A stretch of 54,391 nt of DNA from Candidatus Tayloriibacteriota bacterium (GCA_029288475.1 JARIHA010000168.1:1-54391), one strand, 5' to 3'. Counted from the stretch's first letter, positions 17,269 to 26,963 are shown. Program-made: numbers and translations. The notes: a model not told the origin generated them from the letters alone.

Positions 17269-18909
17269 ATGAATACCGAAAATCTTTACATCTTCGTACA
17301 CGTACCAAAAACTGCAGGCGATGCATTTCGCAATATTGTTACCCGCAATCTAGCTCCAGGCCGTGCCCTGGATGCAAGCTTTGAATATCCTCAAACGTAT
17401 TACAATTGCCACACCCGACGGGTCGAAATTTCTTACACAAAGGAAGAGTTCTTCACATATTTAGAGTCACTAACGGATGCAGAAAAAAACAAGATTTTCT
17501 TTATCGGCGGACATAATGCTTACTTTGGCTTCCATACGCTGTTCCACAAACCTGCTCGATATATTACCTTTTTAAGAGAGCCTGTGGCGCGAACAATTTC
17601 CTTATACAACTTTCACAGAACTCTCCTTGAAACGCTTTCAAAAAAACATTCGCTCAAAGAGCCGGAAAAATCCCGACTTGCCATGATACAAGATTCTTTT
17701 CTATTAAAAGGCGCCGTGCCCACCTTTGAATATTGGCTGGAACATCAATACAATACGGCAGAAAATTTTTATTCATCACAAGCAAAATTTCTGCAAAATG
17801 CCGGATTCATTGTTGGGAATATGTCAAAAGAAAGCATGGAGCAGGCTTTGTCGAAATTTTATTTTATTGGTCTGACAGAAAGTTTCGAATCCGACTGCGC
17901 ATTTCTCTGTGAAGAAATGGGAATATCGCATAGTGCCAAGAAAAGCAACGCCTCGCGAAAGTACATTGAAGAAAAGGATCTCTCATCCGACACGTTAGAA
18001 AAAATACGCCACGCAAACCGTGACGACATTTTGCTCTACGATACCGCCAAAAAGCATCACCACGGAAATCCCTTGAGAGATACGTCGGAAAGATACCTGC
18101 CCGACTCATCTGATTTTCTAACTGGCAACGAACATTTCCACCGATATTTCATCGCTCGAGAACTTGCTCGCGGCAAAAAAGTTTTGGATATTGCGTGCGG
18201 TGAAGGTTACGGCAGTTTTTTGTTGGCAGAACAAGCCAGTGAAGTCATCAGTTGTGACAAGAATATCGAGGCAATAAAGCACGCAAGACATGTATATCAG
18301 CGCCCAAATCTTTCATTCATGCAAGGCGACGCTCGGCATTTGCCGATTAAAGGAAGCAATATATTCGACCTCATTGTCTGTTTCGAAACCCTTGAACACA
18401 TAGCCGAGCAGCAAACACTGATGGGCGAAATCAAGCGACTTCTGAAGCCTGACGGTTTACTTATCATTTCCACTCCAAATTCCTCAGTCTACGGCAAGGA
18501 AGGCAAAAATCCTTTCCATGATAAGGAACTTGATCTCGCAGAATTCAAAGAACTGTTGAGACAGCATTTTACCCAAACAAAACTGTACGGACAAAAGTCC
18601 TATATCGGATCGCAGGTTGTTGCACTGGACGGGCAACAAAACATTTTTACCAATTATCTGACAAGGCGCGATTCTTCTTTGCCAACAATTACGGCGGAAG
18701 ACAAGCCACGCTACTATCTCGCCATTGCTTCCAACACAGTGCTTAAAGAACTCGGAAATTCTTTTTTTACCGATATTGACCGCCTGCCTCATCAAGAACT
18801 CTATCAAAAAACTTCAGATATTTGGACGTTATGCTCTCAACTGAATACTTCTCTGCGACGCTCATTCTGGCGGCACGTCCGATCTTTTCTCGCAATTTTT
18901 CATCAGTAA
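17269..18909 (+). CDS. sulfotransferase-like / class I SAM methyltransferase fusion protein
   Basis: 546 aa. N-terminal IFVHVPKTAGDAF is a 5'-PSB-type PKTxG motif of sulfotransferase family 2/3. The C-terminal half carries MTase motif I, VLDIACGEGYGSFLLA, and post-I and post-II motifs (DLIVCFETLEH, LKPDGLLIIS). Confidence 0.7.
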   Translation: MNTENLYIFVHVPKTAGDAFRNIVTRNLAPGRALDASFEYPQTYYNCHTRRVEISYTKEEFFTYLESLTDAEKNKIFFIGGHNAYFGFHTLFHKPARYITFLREPVARTISLYNFHRTLLETLSKKHSLKEPEKSRLAMIQDSFLLKGAVPTFEYWLEHQYNTAENFYSSQAKFLQNAGFIVGNMSKESMEQALSKFYFIGLTESFESDCAFLCEEMGISHSAKKSNASRKYIEEKDLSSDTLEKIRHANRDDILLYDTAKKHHHGNPLRDTSERYLPDSSDFLTGNEHFHRYFIARELARGKKVLDIACGEGYGSFLLAEQASEVISCDKNIEAIKHARHVYQRPNLSFMQGDARHLPIKGSNIFDLIVCFETLEHIAEQQTLMGEIKRLLKPDGLLIISTPNSSVYGKEGKNPFHDKELDLAEFKELLRQHFTQTKLYGQKSYIGSQVVALDGQQNIFTNYLTRRDSSLPTITAEDKPRYYLAIASNTVLKELGNSFFTDIDRLPHQELYQKTSDIWTLCSQLNTSLRRSFWRHVRSFLAIFHQ

Positions 18910-19867
18910 CCATTCTTTCTAAGGACGCTTCCAACTCTAGGTCAGAAAAAACAAAATAACCTGTTTCCTTATCAGTCATGACCAACCGGTCAGCATCGGT
19001 CGGCGTGCAGATCACAGGCAATCCGGCGGCCATAAAAGCAGTCACTTTGGTTGCCGGTTTCTCTCTCTGGAAATCATCATGCAGGTCTTTAATACTTATA
19101 GCGATGTCAGATTGCGCCATGACCGAGAAGCAGTTCTTCACTGTCCAACGAACATAGGCCATATGTTCGTCAATATATTTCGGAGGAGTATTCGAATGGT
19201 ACGTTAGAATAATTTTCTTTTTTGTCTTTTCAGAAACTCGTTGAATGACAAGCAAAAGCGCGGGAACAAAATTGAGATTTTCACAATATCCCTGCACCAA
19301 TACGCGTATGACATTTGATCCCTCATAAACTTGCTTAAAACTCGTATTGATAACCGGATGTTCAATCAGCGCATGCGTTCCGCAATAATTTTCTATTCTT
19401 CTTTTTTGTAATGGATTGGAAAGAATGCACCCATCCATTGACCTCAAGAAATCTGCTTCTTCGGCATAATAAAACCGGTACGCCTCGTCACATGCTGGAT
19501 TATCAACAATATCGTATATACATTTCTTACCTTGCGCTTTCAACTCTGAAATAGCGCTAAAAAATTTGGGAGAGAAATTTTTTACCACAATAATCACATC
19601 AAACTTACGCATATCTTCGGGTCCAAAGAAAATCCCTGCTGTATATACTGCGCTTGTGTTATTTATTTCGTTTACGATCGGATCAATTCGCCACTTTCTC
19701 ACATTTAAATCATCTTCGCCGGAAGCAATAGGGCCAAAACCGACTCTTATTTTATTTTTGCCTTTCCTGCTAAAAATACGCGTGAATTGCAATTTGAAAT
19801 ACCATTTGCGGTCAACCAAACCGTTCGCATATAAAATTCTCTTTTTTATGTAGGTCAATTTTGACAT
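18767..19867 (-). CDS. GT-B fold glycosyltransferase (GT1/GT4-like C-terminal half)
   Basis: 366 aa. The C-terminal FMAAGLPVICTPTDADRLVMTDKETGYFV...EKLREKIGRAARMSVAEKYS resembles the donor-binding half of GT-B enzymes. Confidence 0.55.
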   Translation of the reverse strand: MSKLTYIKKRILYANGLVDRKWYFKLQFTRIFSRKGKNKIRVGFGPIASGEDDLNVRKWRIDPIVNEINNTSAVYTAGIFFGPEDMRKFDVIIVVKNFSPKFFSAISELKAQGKKCIYDIVDNPACDEAYRFYYAEEADFLRSMDGCILSNPLQKRRIENYCGTHALIEHPVINTSFKQVYEGSNVIRVLVQGYCENLNFVPALLLVIQRVSEKTKKKIILTYHSNTPPKYIDEHMAYVRWTVKNCFSVMAQSDIAISIKDLHDDFQREKPATKVTAFMAAGLPVICTPTDADRLVMTDKETGYFVFSDLELEASLERMVTDEKLREKIGRAARMSVAEKYSVESITSKYLKFFDRVLDEAGGQYR

Positions 19868-19870
19868 AGG

Positions 19871-20818
19871 TTATACATAACCCCAAACAATTCTATTTGT
19901 CGTTTTATATATTGCCTCAAAATCTGTGCCGGCGGCCTTAGCCATGTGAATAATGCCTGTATCGGGAGCGACGACCTTTTTAGCTTTTTTCACAAGAGCT
20001 GCAAGGGTCAGTACGTCGGTCTGCCCACAGACATTGTAGACATGTTCACCCACAAACTGTTCGCAAAATTCTTTTTGATCCGCTGAACCGGTCAATATGA
20101 TCTTGTGATCTTTATATTGAACTAGTATTTTTTCAACCTCTTCCTTGGTCAAATCTTTTTCTTTTCGTCCTGACAATGGATTCACGATCAAAAAACCCTT
20201 TTGCTGCAGATCATATAAGTTCATCAAATCTGCCGCCTTCTTTTCAGAGATATCATCAGTAAACAGGCGTGTATGAACTCCAAAATCCTTGCCATAATTC
20301 TCAATGAGCTTTTGGTTTTGCTGTATCACGGATATATGCGGATCATACGAGATTACCTTATTAAGAAAGAATCCTCCGCCCCTGCAGTCATATCCCAATG
20401 TATAGGCGCCAGTCTCATAGGCAAGATAATTGTTGCGTGGATCACCATGCATTTCAAATACCACATCGTACTTTTCTTTTCTTAAAGTTTGAATGAGGTT
20501 GCGCAGACTTCCCCGCTTTTCACCATTTCTTCGGCCGAGCCATGTGGCGTCATACGTGATGACCCTGTCTACAGACGGATTACATTCAGCCAGCGGCTTG
20601 GTCAAGTTTCGACACAAGACGTGAACTTGGCATGTCGGATTATTCTTCTTAAACGTTTCGAAAGTCTGGCTGGCAAGCACCATATCTCCAATATGTTCGA
20701 GCCGAATAAAAAGCACCTTCCGAGGGTTGTCCGGGTACGGCCTCTGTTTTTTATTTACGAAAAAAATATGATCAAAAATGAAAAGCAGGGGCCAATAGAT
20801 TTTTTTGGTTAAATACAT
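19871..20818 (-). CDS. glycosyltransferase family 9 (heptosyltransferase-like)
   Basis: 315 aa with a GT9-like layout: LEHIGDMVLASQT, ..NPLSGRKEKDL.., VVAPDTGIIHMAKAAG. Confidence 0.75.
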   Translation of the reverse strand: MYLTKKIYWPLLFIFDHIFFVNKKQRPYPDNPRKVLFIRLEHIGDMVLASQTFETFKKNNPTCQVHVLCRNLTKPLAECNPSVDRVITYDATWLGRRNGEKRGSLRNLIQTLRKEKYDVVFEMHGDPRNNYLAYETGAYTLGYDCRGGGFFLNKVISYDPHISVIQQNQKLIENYGKDFGVHTRLFTDDISEKKAADLMNLYDLQQKGFLIVNPLSGRKEKDLTKEEVEKILVQYKDHKIILTGSADQKEFCEQFVGEHVYNVCGQTDVLTLAALVKKAKKVVAPDTGIIHMAKAAGTDFEAIYKTTNRIVWGYV

Positions 20819-22893
20819 ATGCTTGAAAATACTTTCTTAAAATTCTCGACGCTTTCTTCTTTAGTCAGGATCTTCTCTGCATTTTTTCTGAGAAGTTCCC
20901 TGCAGTTCTCTTCATGATCGAGAATATACTTTATCTTTTGATTTATTTTTTCAAAATTATTTGTATCTTGTACTATAAATATATCATCAAAAATATCTAA
21001 CGTGCCGACTCCTTGAGAGATCATTGGAAAACACCCGCATACCGCAGCTTCCAAAGTTGTGCATGGGTAAGTATCGTGAGCAGGCAAATGTATCAAGAAT
21101 TTACCCTGACGATAAAACTCCGCTACGTTTTCAGTGTAAGGAAAATAAACTAGCTTTTGATCATGCAAGGCAAGTTCCCTAATCTCATCCGCCGCATTGC
21201 CGTCACCCACCACAATGAACTTCTCAAAATAGGGACACTGCAAACCAAATGCTACAACCTGCCGAATATTTTTATCCATATCCACCCTGCCTACGTATAA
21301 GCCAAAATTTTCTCGCTTCATTTCTCCATGCTGCATTTCTTTTGGATACGGCTGTGCAACTGCCACCGGACAGGATACAACCTGGCGAGCGATGCGCTGA
21401 CTATGTGCAGAACCAGAAATACAGAAGTCTATTTTTTTGACCACGTGCCTCATCAATACACCCTTGAAAAACCCCTTCTCTTTACTAAGATCATAGAGAA
21501 GCAAATCCATATCAAGATATACGATTCGCAGTTTTGGATAGCGCCATTTCAAAAAATACGCGACGTACAAAGACGAGCCCCCTTCAACCAGTACCGTGCT
21601 TTCAGAAATTTTGAGAAATAAACTGTAGACAAGAGAAAGTGCAGGATAGAGAATATTTAACATCGGATATTTTTTCATCAGCAGGATATAACTTCGGAAC
21701 GGCGTGACATGGGTCCGCGCACCAATACTGTCTGCAAAGGCCTGATGACAGTGATGCGGGCCGTGCGACAAGAATAAAACGTCCGGTACTGAAGAAGTTT
21801 GCGCGATCTGATCTTTAAATTCCCTGACGAAGATCTTTGTATCAAACTTTTTTGCCTGCTGTACACAATCTGTCAGGTACTTTTCTGTATGCCCCGCCAT
21901 TTCTTCAATGTTCTGTGCCAATTTAGTTTCATCGATTTGGTCAATCAATCTTCCTGTCACACCGTCAATCACGGTTTCCCTATATCCCCCTTCACGCGAA
22001 GTAATAACCGGCTTGCCCGAAGCCATCGCCTCTACGGGAGCCATACCAAAATCCTCATCCATGGCTGTGGCAATAAAACCTTTGCAGCCGGCGTAAAGCG
22101 CTTTCAACTTTGCGTCATCCACCCAATTGAGTATGGTTACATTGCTCGGCTGTATGCTTTCGATAGAGGTTTTGTATGTCTCAAATAATTTTGAATTTTT
22201 TTCATAACTTCCCACAATAACGAGACGCTCATTTGGCAATTTCGCAAAGGCCTTCATTTGTACCTCTATCCGCTTAGCTCGAGTGAGACGATTGACCGAA
22301 AGCCAATACGTTCCTTGCCCATTATTATGATACTGAGAAGTTTGTATGGGTGGATAGATGATTTTTGCTTCACGGTGAAAAATGCTTTTCAAGCGATTCT
22401 TGCTGTTTTCTGAATTACAAACGATGGACTGCACGCTTGCACTGTATTTCCTGCTGAGCCTTCGGTTGTATCCTACCCAAAGATCAAAAAACGGCCGTTG
22501 CCACCACGGCACAAGCGTCTTGCGCACATATTCCTTGAACGTCCACAGCTCATTGAGCGGAGAATGCGCATACCATATATTTGGCTGATTATGTACCGCA
22601 CCTGACAGAGCCCAATCGCCAGCGATAATATACAGATCATAGGTCTTGCCCAGATTCAATCTACTAAATTTCCAAGACGCCAGCTGCTGCCGGAACGGAG
22701 CATTGACGGGAACCTTGCCGATAGAATGTATGCGCGAGAGCACATCGGCAAACCCCATTGCGCGTATCTTATCAGCGTCGAGATTGGTGGTATACATATC
22801 CGCAGCAAGTTCCCGGGTCAGCGTCAGCGCCACGATTTCCGCACCGCCAATATTGTCCATAAAGTTATGGAAAATTGCGATTTTCTTTTTCAT
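20809..22893 (-). CDS. two-domain glycosyltransferase (N-terminal GT4 plus second GT-B-like module)
   Basis: 694 aa. The GT4 signature EDFGMAPVEAMASGKPVITSREGGYRETVIDGVTG lies in the first half, and a second TLEAAVCGCFPMIS-type segment lies in the C-terminal half. It overlaps the next gene by 10 nt. Confidence 0.75.
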   Translation of the reverse strand: MKKKIAIFHNFMDNIGGAEIVALTLTRELAADMYTTNLDADKIRAMGFADVLSRIHSIGKVPVNAPFRQQLASWKFSRLNLGKTYDLYIIAGDWALSGAVHNQPNIWYAHSPLNELWTFKEYVRKTLVPWWQRPFFDLWVGYNRRLSRKYSASVQSIVCNSENSKNRLKSIFHREAKIIYPPIQTSQYHNNGQGTYWLSVNRLTRAKRIEVQMKAFAKLPNERLVIVGSYEKNSKLFETYKTSIESIQPSNVTILNWVDDAKLKALYAGCKGFIATAMDEDFGMAPVEAMASGKPVITSREGGYRETVIDGVTGRLIDQIDETKLAQNIEEMAGHTEKYLTDCVQQAKKFDTKIFVREFKDQIAQTSSVPDVLFLSHGPHHCHQAFADSIGARTHVTPFRSYILLMKKYPMLNILYPALSLVYSLFLKISESTVLVEGGSSLYVAYFLKWRYPKLRIVYLDMDLLLYDLSKEKGFFKGVLMRHVVKKIDFCISGSAHSQRIARQVVSCPVAVAQPYPKEMQHGEMKRENFGLYVGRVDMDKNIRQVVAFGLQCPYFEKFIVVGDGNAADEIRELALHDQKLVYFPYTENVAEFYRQGKFLIHLPAHDTYPCTTLEAAVCGCFPMISQGVGTLDIFDDIFIVQDTNNFEKINQKIKYILDHEENCRELLRKNAEKILTKEESVENFKKVFSSICI

Positions 22894-22895
22894 TA

Positions 22896-23594
22896 CTATT
22901 GGCCGAGCAAAATGAGCCTAATGTGCCGCCAGCCGTCCGCAAAGGATCGAAGCTTGGAGGTGCCGATTCGCGGCCTATACCCGATAGGCAATTCAGCGAT
23001 ATTAAGCCGGAGTTTCGATGCATTGATAATCATTTCTGATGCAAACTCCATGCCGGTGGTTTGTAATTGCATACGAGCAATGGCTTCCTTCGAAAGTGCC
23101 CGCGCACCGCAGTTAATGTCTGATACCTTGCTGCCAGAAAATCTTTTTGCCAAATAAGAAAGGAATGGATTGCCAATATAGCGATGAAGCCATGACATTG
23201 ATCTTTTTTCCATTTGCCCGGCAAAACGATTCCCCACTACCATGTCATATCCCTGCTTAAGACTTTCTATAAAACGCGGGATCTCAGAAAAGTCATACGT
23301 ACTGTCAGCATCGGCCATAAAGATAAAGCGGCCGCGGGCTGCTGCAAAACCTGCGAGATAAGCTGCACCGTATCCCCTGCGTGGTTCTCGTACTAAGATT
23401 ATTTCGGAATATTTTTTTTGATATCCCGTGATCACCGCCAGAGAAGTATCGTGAGAATCGTTATCAACTACCACTATTTCTGCCGATAAAGCGTGATGAG
23501 AAATCGTCTGTAAAATCTGATCGAGGCACGGGCCGATGGAATTTTCTTCATCCAAACAAGGAATAACCACGCTGATTTCCGGATTTGAATTCAT
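22896..23594 (-). CDS. GT2 polyprenol-phosphate glycosyltransferase-like enzyme (DPM1/GtrB-like)
   Basis: Starting at the ATG at 23594 gives MNSNPEISVVIPCLDEE, a typical GT2 N-terminus. DNDSHD and FMADADSTY (DxD) motifs are present. The ORF-track extension to 23762 overlaps the divergent gene and looks non-coding. Confidence 0.8.
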   Translation of the reverse strand: MNSNPEISVVIPCLDEENSIGPCLDQILQTISHHALSAEIVVVDNDSHDTSLAVITGYQKKYSEIILVREPRRGYGAAYLAGFAAARGRFIFMADADSTYDFSEIPRFIESLKQGYDMVVGNRFAGQMEKRSMSWLHRYIGNPFLSYLAKRFSGSKVSDINCGARALSKEAIARMQLQTTGMEFASEMIINASKLRLNIAELPIGYRPRIGTSKLRSFADGWRHIRLILLGQ

Positions 23595-23610
23595 GATATA
23601 ATATTTCTTT

Positions 23611-24510
23611 ATGATCTTGAGTTTGCTTGGAACACTTATTTTCTTTGCGCCGCTCTGCCTCTGCCTAACATTCCAAGACAAACGAGTGGGGTTCCTCCAT
23701 GCTCTTATTACGGTAATAGTATTCCATCTAGCACTCGGTTTCTTCACCCAATTATTGCACATTTTTACCTACCTAACAATATTCTTCTCAAGCTTGGCTT
23801 TTGCTGTCACGAGCATCATCATTACCTACAAGAAAGCACTTCGTCCGATAAAAATTCGCATCAATTGGTTTGCCGTAGCGACCTTCGTGATCATTTTTTT
23901 CCAATTATGGTCGGTTCATTATCGCTATACCGGCACCGCAAGCACTATCGTCGGACGCACGCAGTTCGAAGCAGCCGCATACCCCTATCCATATTATTCT
24001 GACGAATGGGTCGGCGTTTCTCTCGCCCGTTACTCCATTCAAAATCATTTATTGCCGAGTGTGAACTCCCTTTTTGCCAATGCAAAGTTTACCAATCCCC
24101 TGCTCCTTTTCTTTTCTTTCATTGCAGAGCTGCTCCTCCTCTTTCATCTCACTCCTCTTTTCGGATACAGTATACTAGCGCTTTGCGCAGGCCTCACTGT
24201 CTGTCTCTTAAGCTACACATTACTCCGGGCAAACAACGCAAGTCCCCTGGCGGCAGCGATCACAGCGGTCGGAGTGAGCTACATCACCAACGGAGTCAAC
24301 CTGCCGGGCATTTGGTACTTAGTGCCCTACGTGCCATCACTTGTTCTCCTTCTGATATGCCTCACTGCTTTGGCGCTCAATCGTCCCCGCACGGCTTTCA
24401 TCTCAGGATTGTTATCGGTAATTTTGTACGCTCCGATCATTGTGCTTATCGCGCCGATACTTTTCGTCTGGTGGCTCATCAAACATATTCCTTATGGCCG
24501 CCTTACATAA
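23611..24510 (+). CDS. polytopic membrane protein (possible GT-C glycosyltransferase, N-terminal part)
   Basis: 299 aa, almost entirely hydrophobic helices. It is divergent from the GT2 gene with only a 16-bp spacer. Confidence 0.6.
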   Translation: MILSLLGTLIFFAPLCLCLTFQDKRVGFLHALITVIVFHLALGFFTQLLHIFTYLTIFFSSLAFAVTSIIITYKKALRPIKIRINWFAVATFVIIFFQLWSVHYRYTGTASTIVGRTQFEAAAYPYPYYSDEWVGVSLARYSIQNHLLPSVNSLFANAKFTNPLLLFFSFIAELLLLFHLTPLFGYSILALCAGLTVCLLSYTLLRANNASPLAAAITAVGVSYITNGVNLPGIWYLVPYVPSLVLLLICLTALALNRPRTAFISGLLSVILYAPIIVLIAPILFVWWLIKHIPYGRLT

Positions 24511-25276
24511 CATCTTTGCCGAATACGTGATGCGTCCAAATTTCAACAATGGCATTTCCCATTTTGCCATTTGGAACATCATCCCGATCATACTATTGCC
24601 GCTCATCTGCATCGGCGTAGTACGACTATGGAAAGAGAAAAAAATGCACCTTCTGGCTGCCATTATCACGATTGCGGGATTTTGGATCGCGTATACCTAT
24701 ACGGAAAAATTTTTTATTATAGAATATTCGCGCTTAGTAGCCATAGGTTCGGTGTTACTGGTGATCGTTTCCGGTTTTGGCTCAGAATATCTGATCAGGT
24801 TCCTAAAACGTCCAAGCCAAGTAAAAGCCTTGGAAAAGATCTTCCTCATACTTATTTTTATCTGGTCATTTTCTTATACGAGCCACACGGCATGGGAAAA
24901 ACTTACCTTGACCCTCGACCGTGAGCATGGCTCACACACCGAAATACCGGCTGCTCCGGCCAATCAATATATTACCGGTGATGATCTACGATTATTTTCA
25001 GGTTTTTCCCAACAAAGATTCATTGCTCCTGCATGGAAGGGACTGGTCATCGGAGCAGCCACGGACAACTCCCCGCTCGAATCGAAACAATCAGTCATTT
25101 CGAACGACATTTTGTCTTATTACACGTTCATCACGGCTGACTGTGCGGGCAAAAAGTCTTTGGCTGAAAAATCAAAACTGGTATACGCTTACTCGACTCA
25201 TTTTGAATGTCCAGATTTTATTCCCTTGGGCAAAAGTTCGGAGGGGTTGTACTTGTATCGGTTTTTTCGGGAGTGA
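24494..25276 (+). CDS. membrane protein (possible continuation of the preceding polytopic protein)
   Basis: Several TM helices followed by a soluble C-terminal part. The ORF-track start at 24440 is TTG. In-frame ATGs occur at 24494 and 24530. It overlaps the end of the upstream ORF in a different frame. Confidence 0.55.
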   Translation: MAALHNIFAEYVMRPNFNNGISHFAIWNIIPIILLPLICIGVVRLWKEKKMHLLAAIITIAGFWIAYTYTEKFFIIEYSRLVAIGSVLLVIVSGFGSEYLIRFLKRPSQVKALEKIFLILIFIWSFSYTSHTAWEKLTLTLDREHGSHTEIPAAPANQYITGDDLRLFSGFSQQRFIAPAWKGLVIGAATDNSPLESKQSVISNDILSYYTFITADCAGKKSLAEKSKLVYAYSTHFECPDFIPLGKSSEGLYLYRFFRE

Positions 25277-25296
25277 GGGGAGTTACCAGACAAAGT

Positions 25297-25325
25297 TTGA
25301 CCATGATGTTGTTTTATGCCATAGT
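25297..25325 (+). promoter_or_regulatory. candidate sigma70-type promoter
   Basis: TTGACC (25297-25302), 17 nt of spacer, then CATAGT (25320-25325). Confidence 0.35.
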
Positions 25326-25417
25326 AATTATGGTTCATCGAAATACGTTTGTCACCAAAACTTAGGGAATTATCCCGAGCGTGAGATGGTCCGCGAGACT
25401 ATGAATGGAGATTCCAT

Positions 25418-25876
25418 ATGAATAAATTCGGCAAAGGTTCCGAAGGTAATTTTCTCGACATGACTGAGGCGTTAAAATTTGGTGTTGGCATGGGTGAAGT
25501 AGACTACCAAAGATATAATGTCACGGATTATATCGAGCATCTCATTGCGGGATGTTATCCATTTGGATTCAATCCCCTTCCAATTCTGAGAAAAGCACTG
25601 CCGGAGTTCGAATGGCAATTTCACACTTTATTTACAAAGAAAAACCCTAAAATGGCGACTCGTGATCGAGTGATGAAATCAGACTTCTTTTGGTTCCCTG
25701 ATATGTTATGTTGGGACGAGTTAGTTACGGCCCGGCGAGTTGAAAAGGATGAGAAGCCTCTTATGATCATTGGACATCCTTTCGCCGCACTAGAAAAAGT
25801 GGGCAGGAAAGATGTGGTGGAGATGCTTAGATCTTGGGGCGTCACGGAAGATCGTCAGGAACGCCACGCGGATTAG
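25418..25876 (+). CDS. hypothetical protein (152 aa)
   Basis: ATG preceded by GGAGAT at 5-nt spacing, and the gene has its own terminator. I recognise no domain. Confidence 0.55.
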   Translation: MNKFGKGSEGNFLDMTEALKFGVGMGEVDYQRYNVTDYIEHLIAGCYPFGFNPLPILRKALPEFEWQFHTLFTKKNPKMATRDRVMKSDFFWFPDMLCWDELVTARRVEKDEKPLMIIGHPFAALEKVGRKDVVEMLRSWGVTEDRQERHAD

Positions 25877-25895
25877 AGCTTCAAAAAACACACGC

Positions 25896-25927
25896 CCCCA
25901 GACAATTCGGTCTGGGGTTTTTTATTT
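25896..25927 (+). terminator. intrinsic terminator
   Basis: 8-bp stem CCCCAGAC/GTCTGGGG (25896-25903 / 25910-25917) followed by TTTTTTATTT. Confidence 0.75.
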
Positions 25928-26084
25928 ATACTGTTATCTTTTTATCCACAATAATAAGGTGGTAAATAATTTTAAGATTTCCGACCTCTCTTAAGGTACT
26001 TTTTGAAATTACTAATACTACCTAGTGAATAGAGCGTGCTGAGCTGTATAAAAAGAAAAATACAATGCCTAATATAGAATCTTT

Positions 26085-26768
26085 CTATTTTGATAAACTA
26101 AAGTAATTACCGTCATCAACAAGTGGGTGTTGTGAGGTGCAATCATAGTACTGGTTTCCGACTACTAACAAATCACCACCTGTATCCATAATGGCACTAG
26201 GCTTAGGTCCCATCGAAAACGGAAGTTCAAATCCCGTACATTTCATTGCTAAATAATTTTGCGTTGGTAAAACACTTCTTGCCGTACCGGGTGCAAATCC
26301 AACACTCAGTACAAAATAAGTATGATATAAACCATCTTCACTCATTTTACTTGGTGACATAACTTTATATGCAAATCTGGGAGGGGGATATTGATTAATA
26401 GTATTTCCATTTCCCTGCACTTGAACACTATTAGCCGAAGCATCCATATTTTGTGGCGCATAATTCTCTTGTTTTCCATTTTCAGTATTATGATACTGGT
26501 TACCTGATGTTGATGGTTTAACAAATAAACTACTTATAAAACTAGTTATACCATAAATTATAACTAAAATTAAAAGATTTATAATAATTTTTTTATAATT
26601 TCCTTTTTGAATATCCTGTCTTAATTTGTCAGATTCTTGATACATAATAGAAAAAGAGGTTCGATCCTTAGGAGGCACGACTAGTCTAGCACTTTTTCTA
26701 GCTTCCCTCAAGAGCAGGGTACCGCAAATATTTAAATCTTGATTCAAAAGAGAGAATAAATATCTCAT
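26085..26768 (-). CDS. hypothetical single-pass membrane protein
   Basis: 227 aa with one central hydrophobic helix (IIINLLILVIIYGITSFISSLFV), a low-complexity N/Q-rich linker and a C-terminal globular part. Confidence 0.5.
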   Translation of the reverse strand: MRYLFSLLNQDLNICGTLLLREARKSARLVVPPKDRTSFSIMYQESDKLRQDIQKGNYKKIIINLLILVIIYGITSFISSLFVKPSTSGNQYHNTENGKQENYAPQNMDASANSVQVQGNGNTINQYPPPRFAYKVMSPSKMSEDGLYHTYFVLSVGFAPGTARSVLPTQNYLAMKCTGFELPFSMGPKPSAIMDTGGDLLVVGNQYYDCTSQHPLVDDGNYFSLSK

Positions 26769-26963
26769 ATCTGAATCTCTGCATTATTATCTATTCTATA
26801 CCAAATAAAATTCTTCGGTGGTGTTTGCAACTTCTTATTTAACCCATCATCAAAATCCCCGGTTAAAATAGTCAAAATCAAAAACCCTAAAAATCATACG
26901 AAATATCGAATGTAACATTCCGTCTCTATACAAAGGAACTGAACTTTTCAAAAGGACTTAGAA

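Noticed and set aside
23595-23762. N-terminal 56-codon extension of the GT2 ORF in the ORF track.
   Set aside because: The extension overlaps the divergent membrane-protein gene and is basic low-complexity sequence. The internal ATG at 23594 gives the canonical GT2 N-terminus.
25319-25333. The hairpin CCATA-GTAAT-TATGG looked like a counterpart of the CCATAG-TTCG-CTATGG leader hairpin at 8472-8487, suggesting a shared regulatory RNA motif.
   Set aside because: In the second cassette this sequence coincides with the predicted -10 region, so most of it would not be transcribed. The resemblance is probably coincidental.
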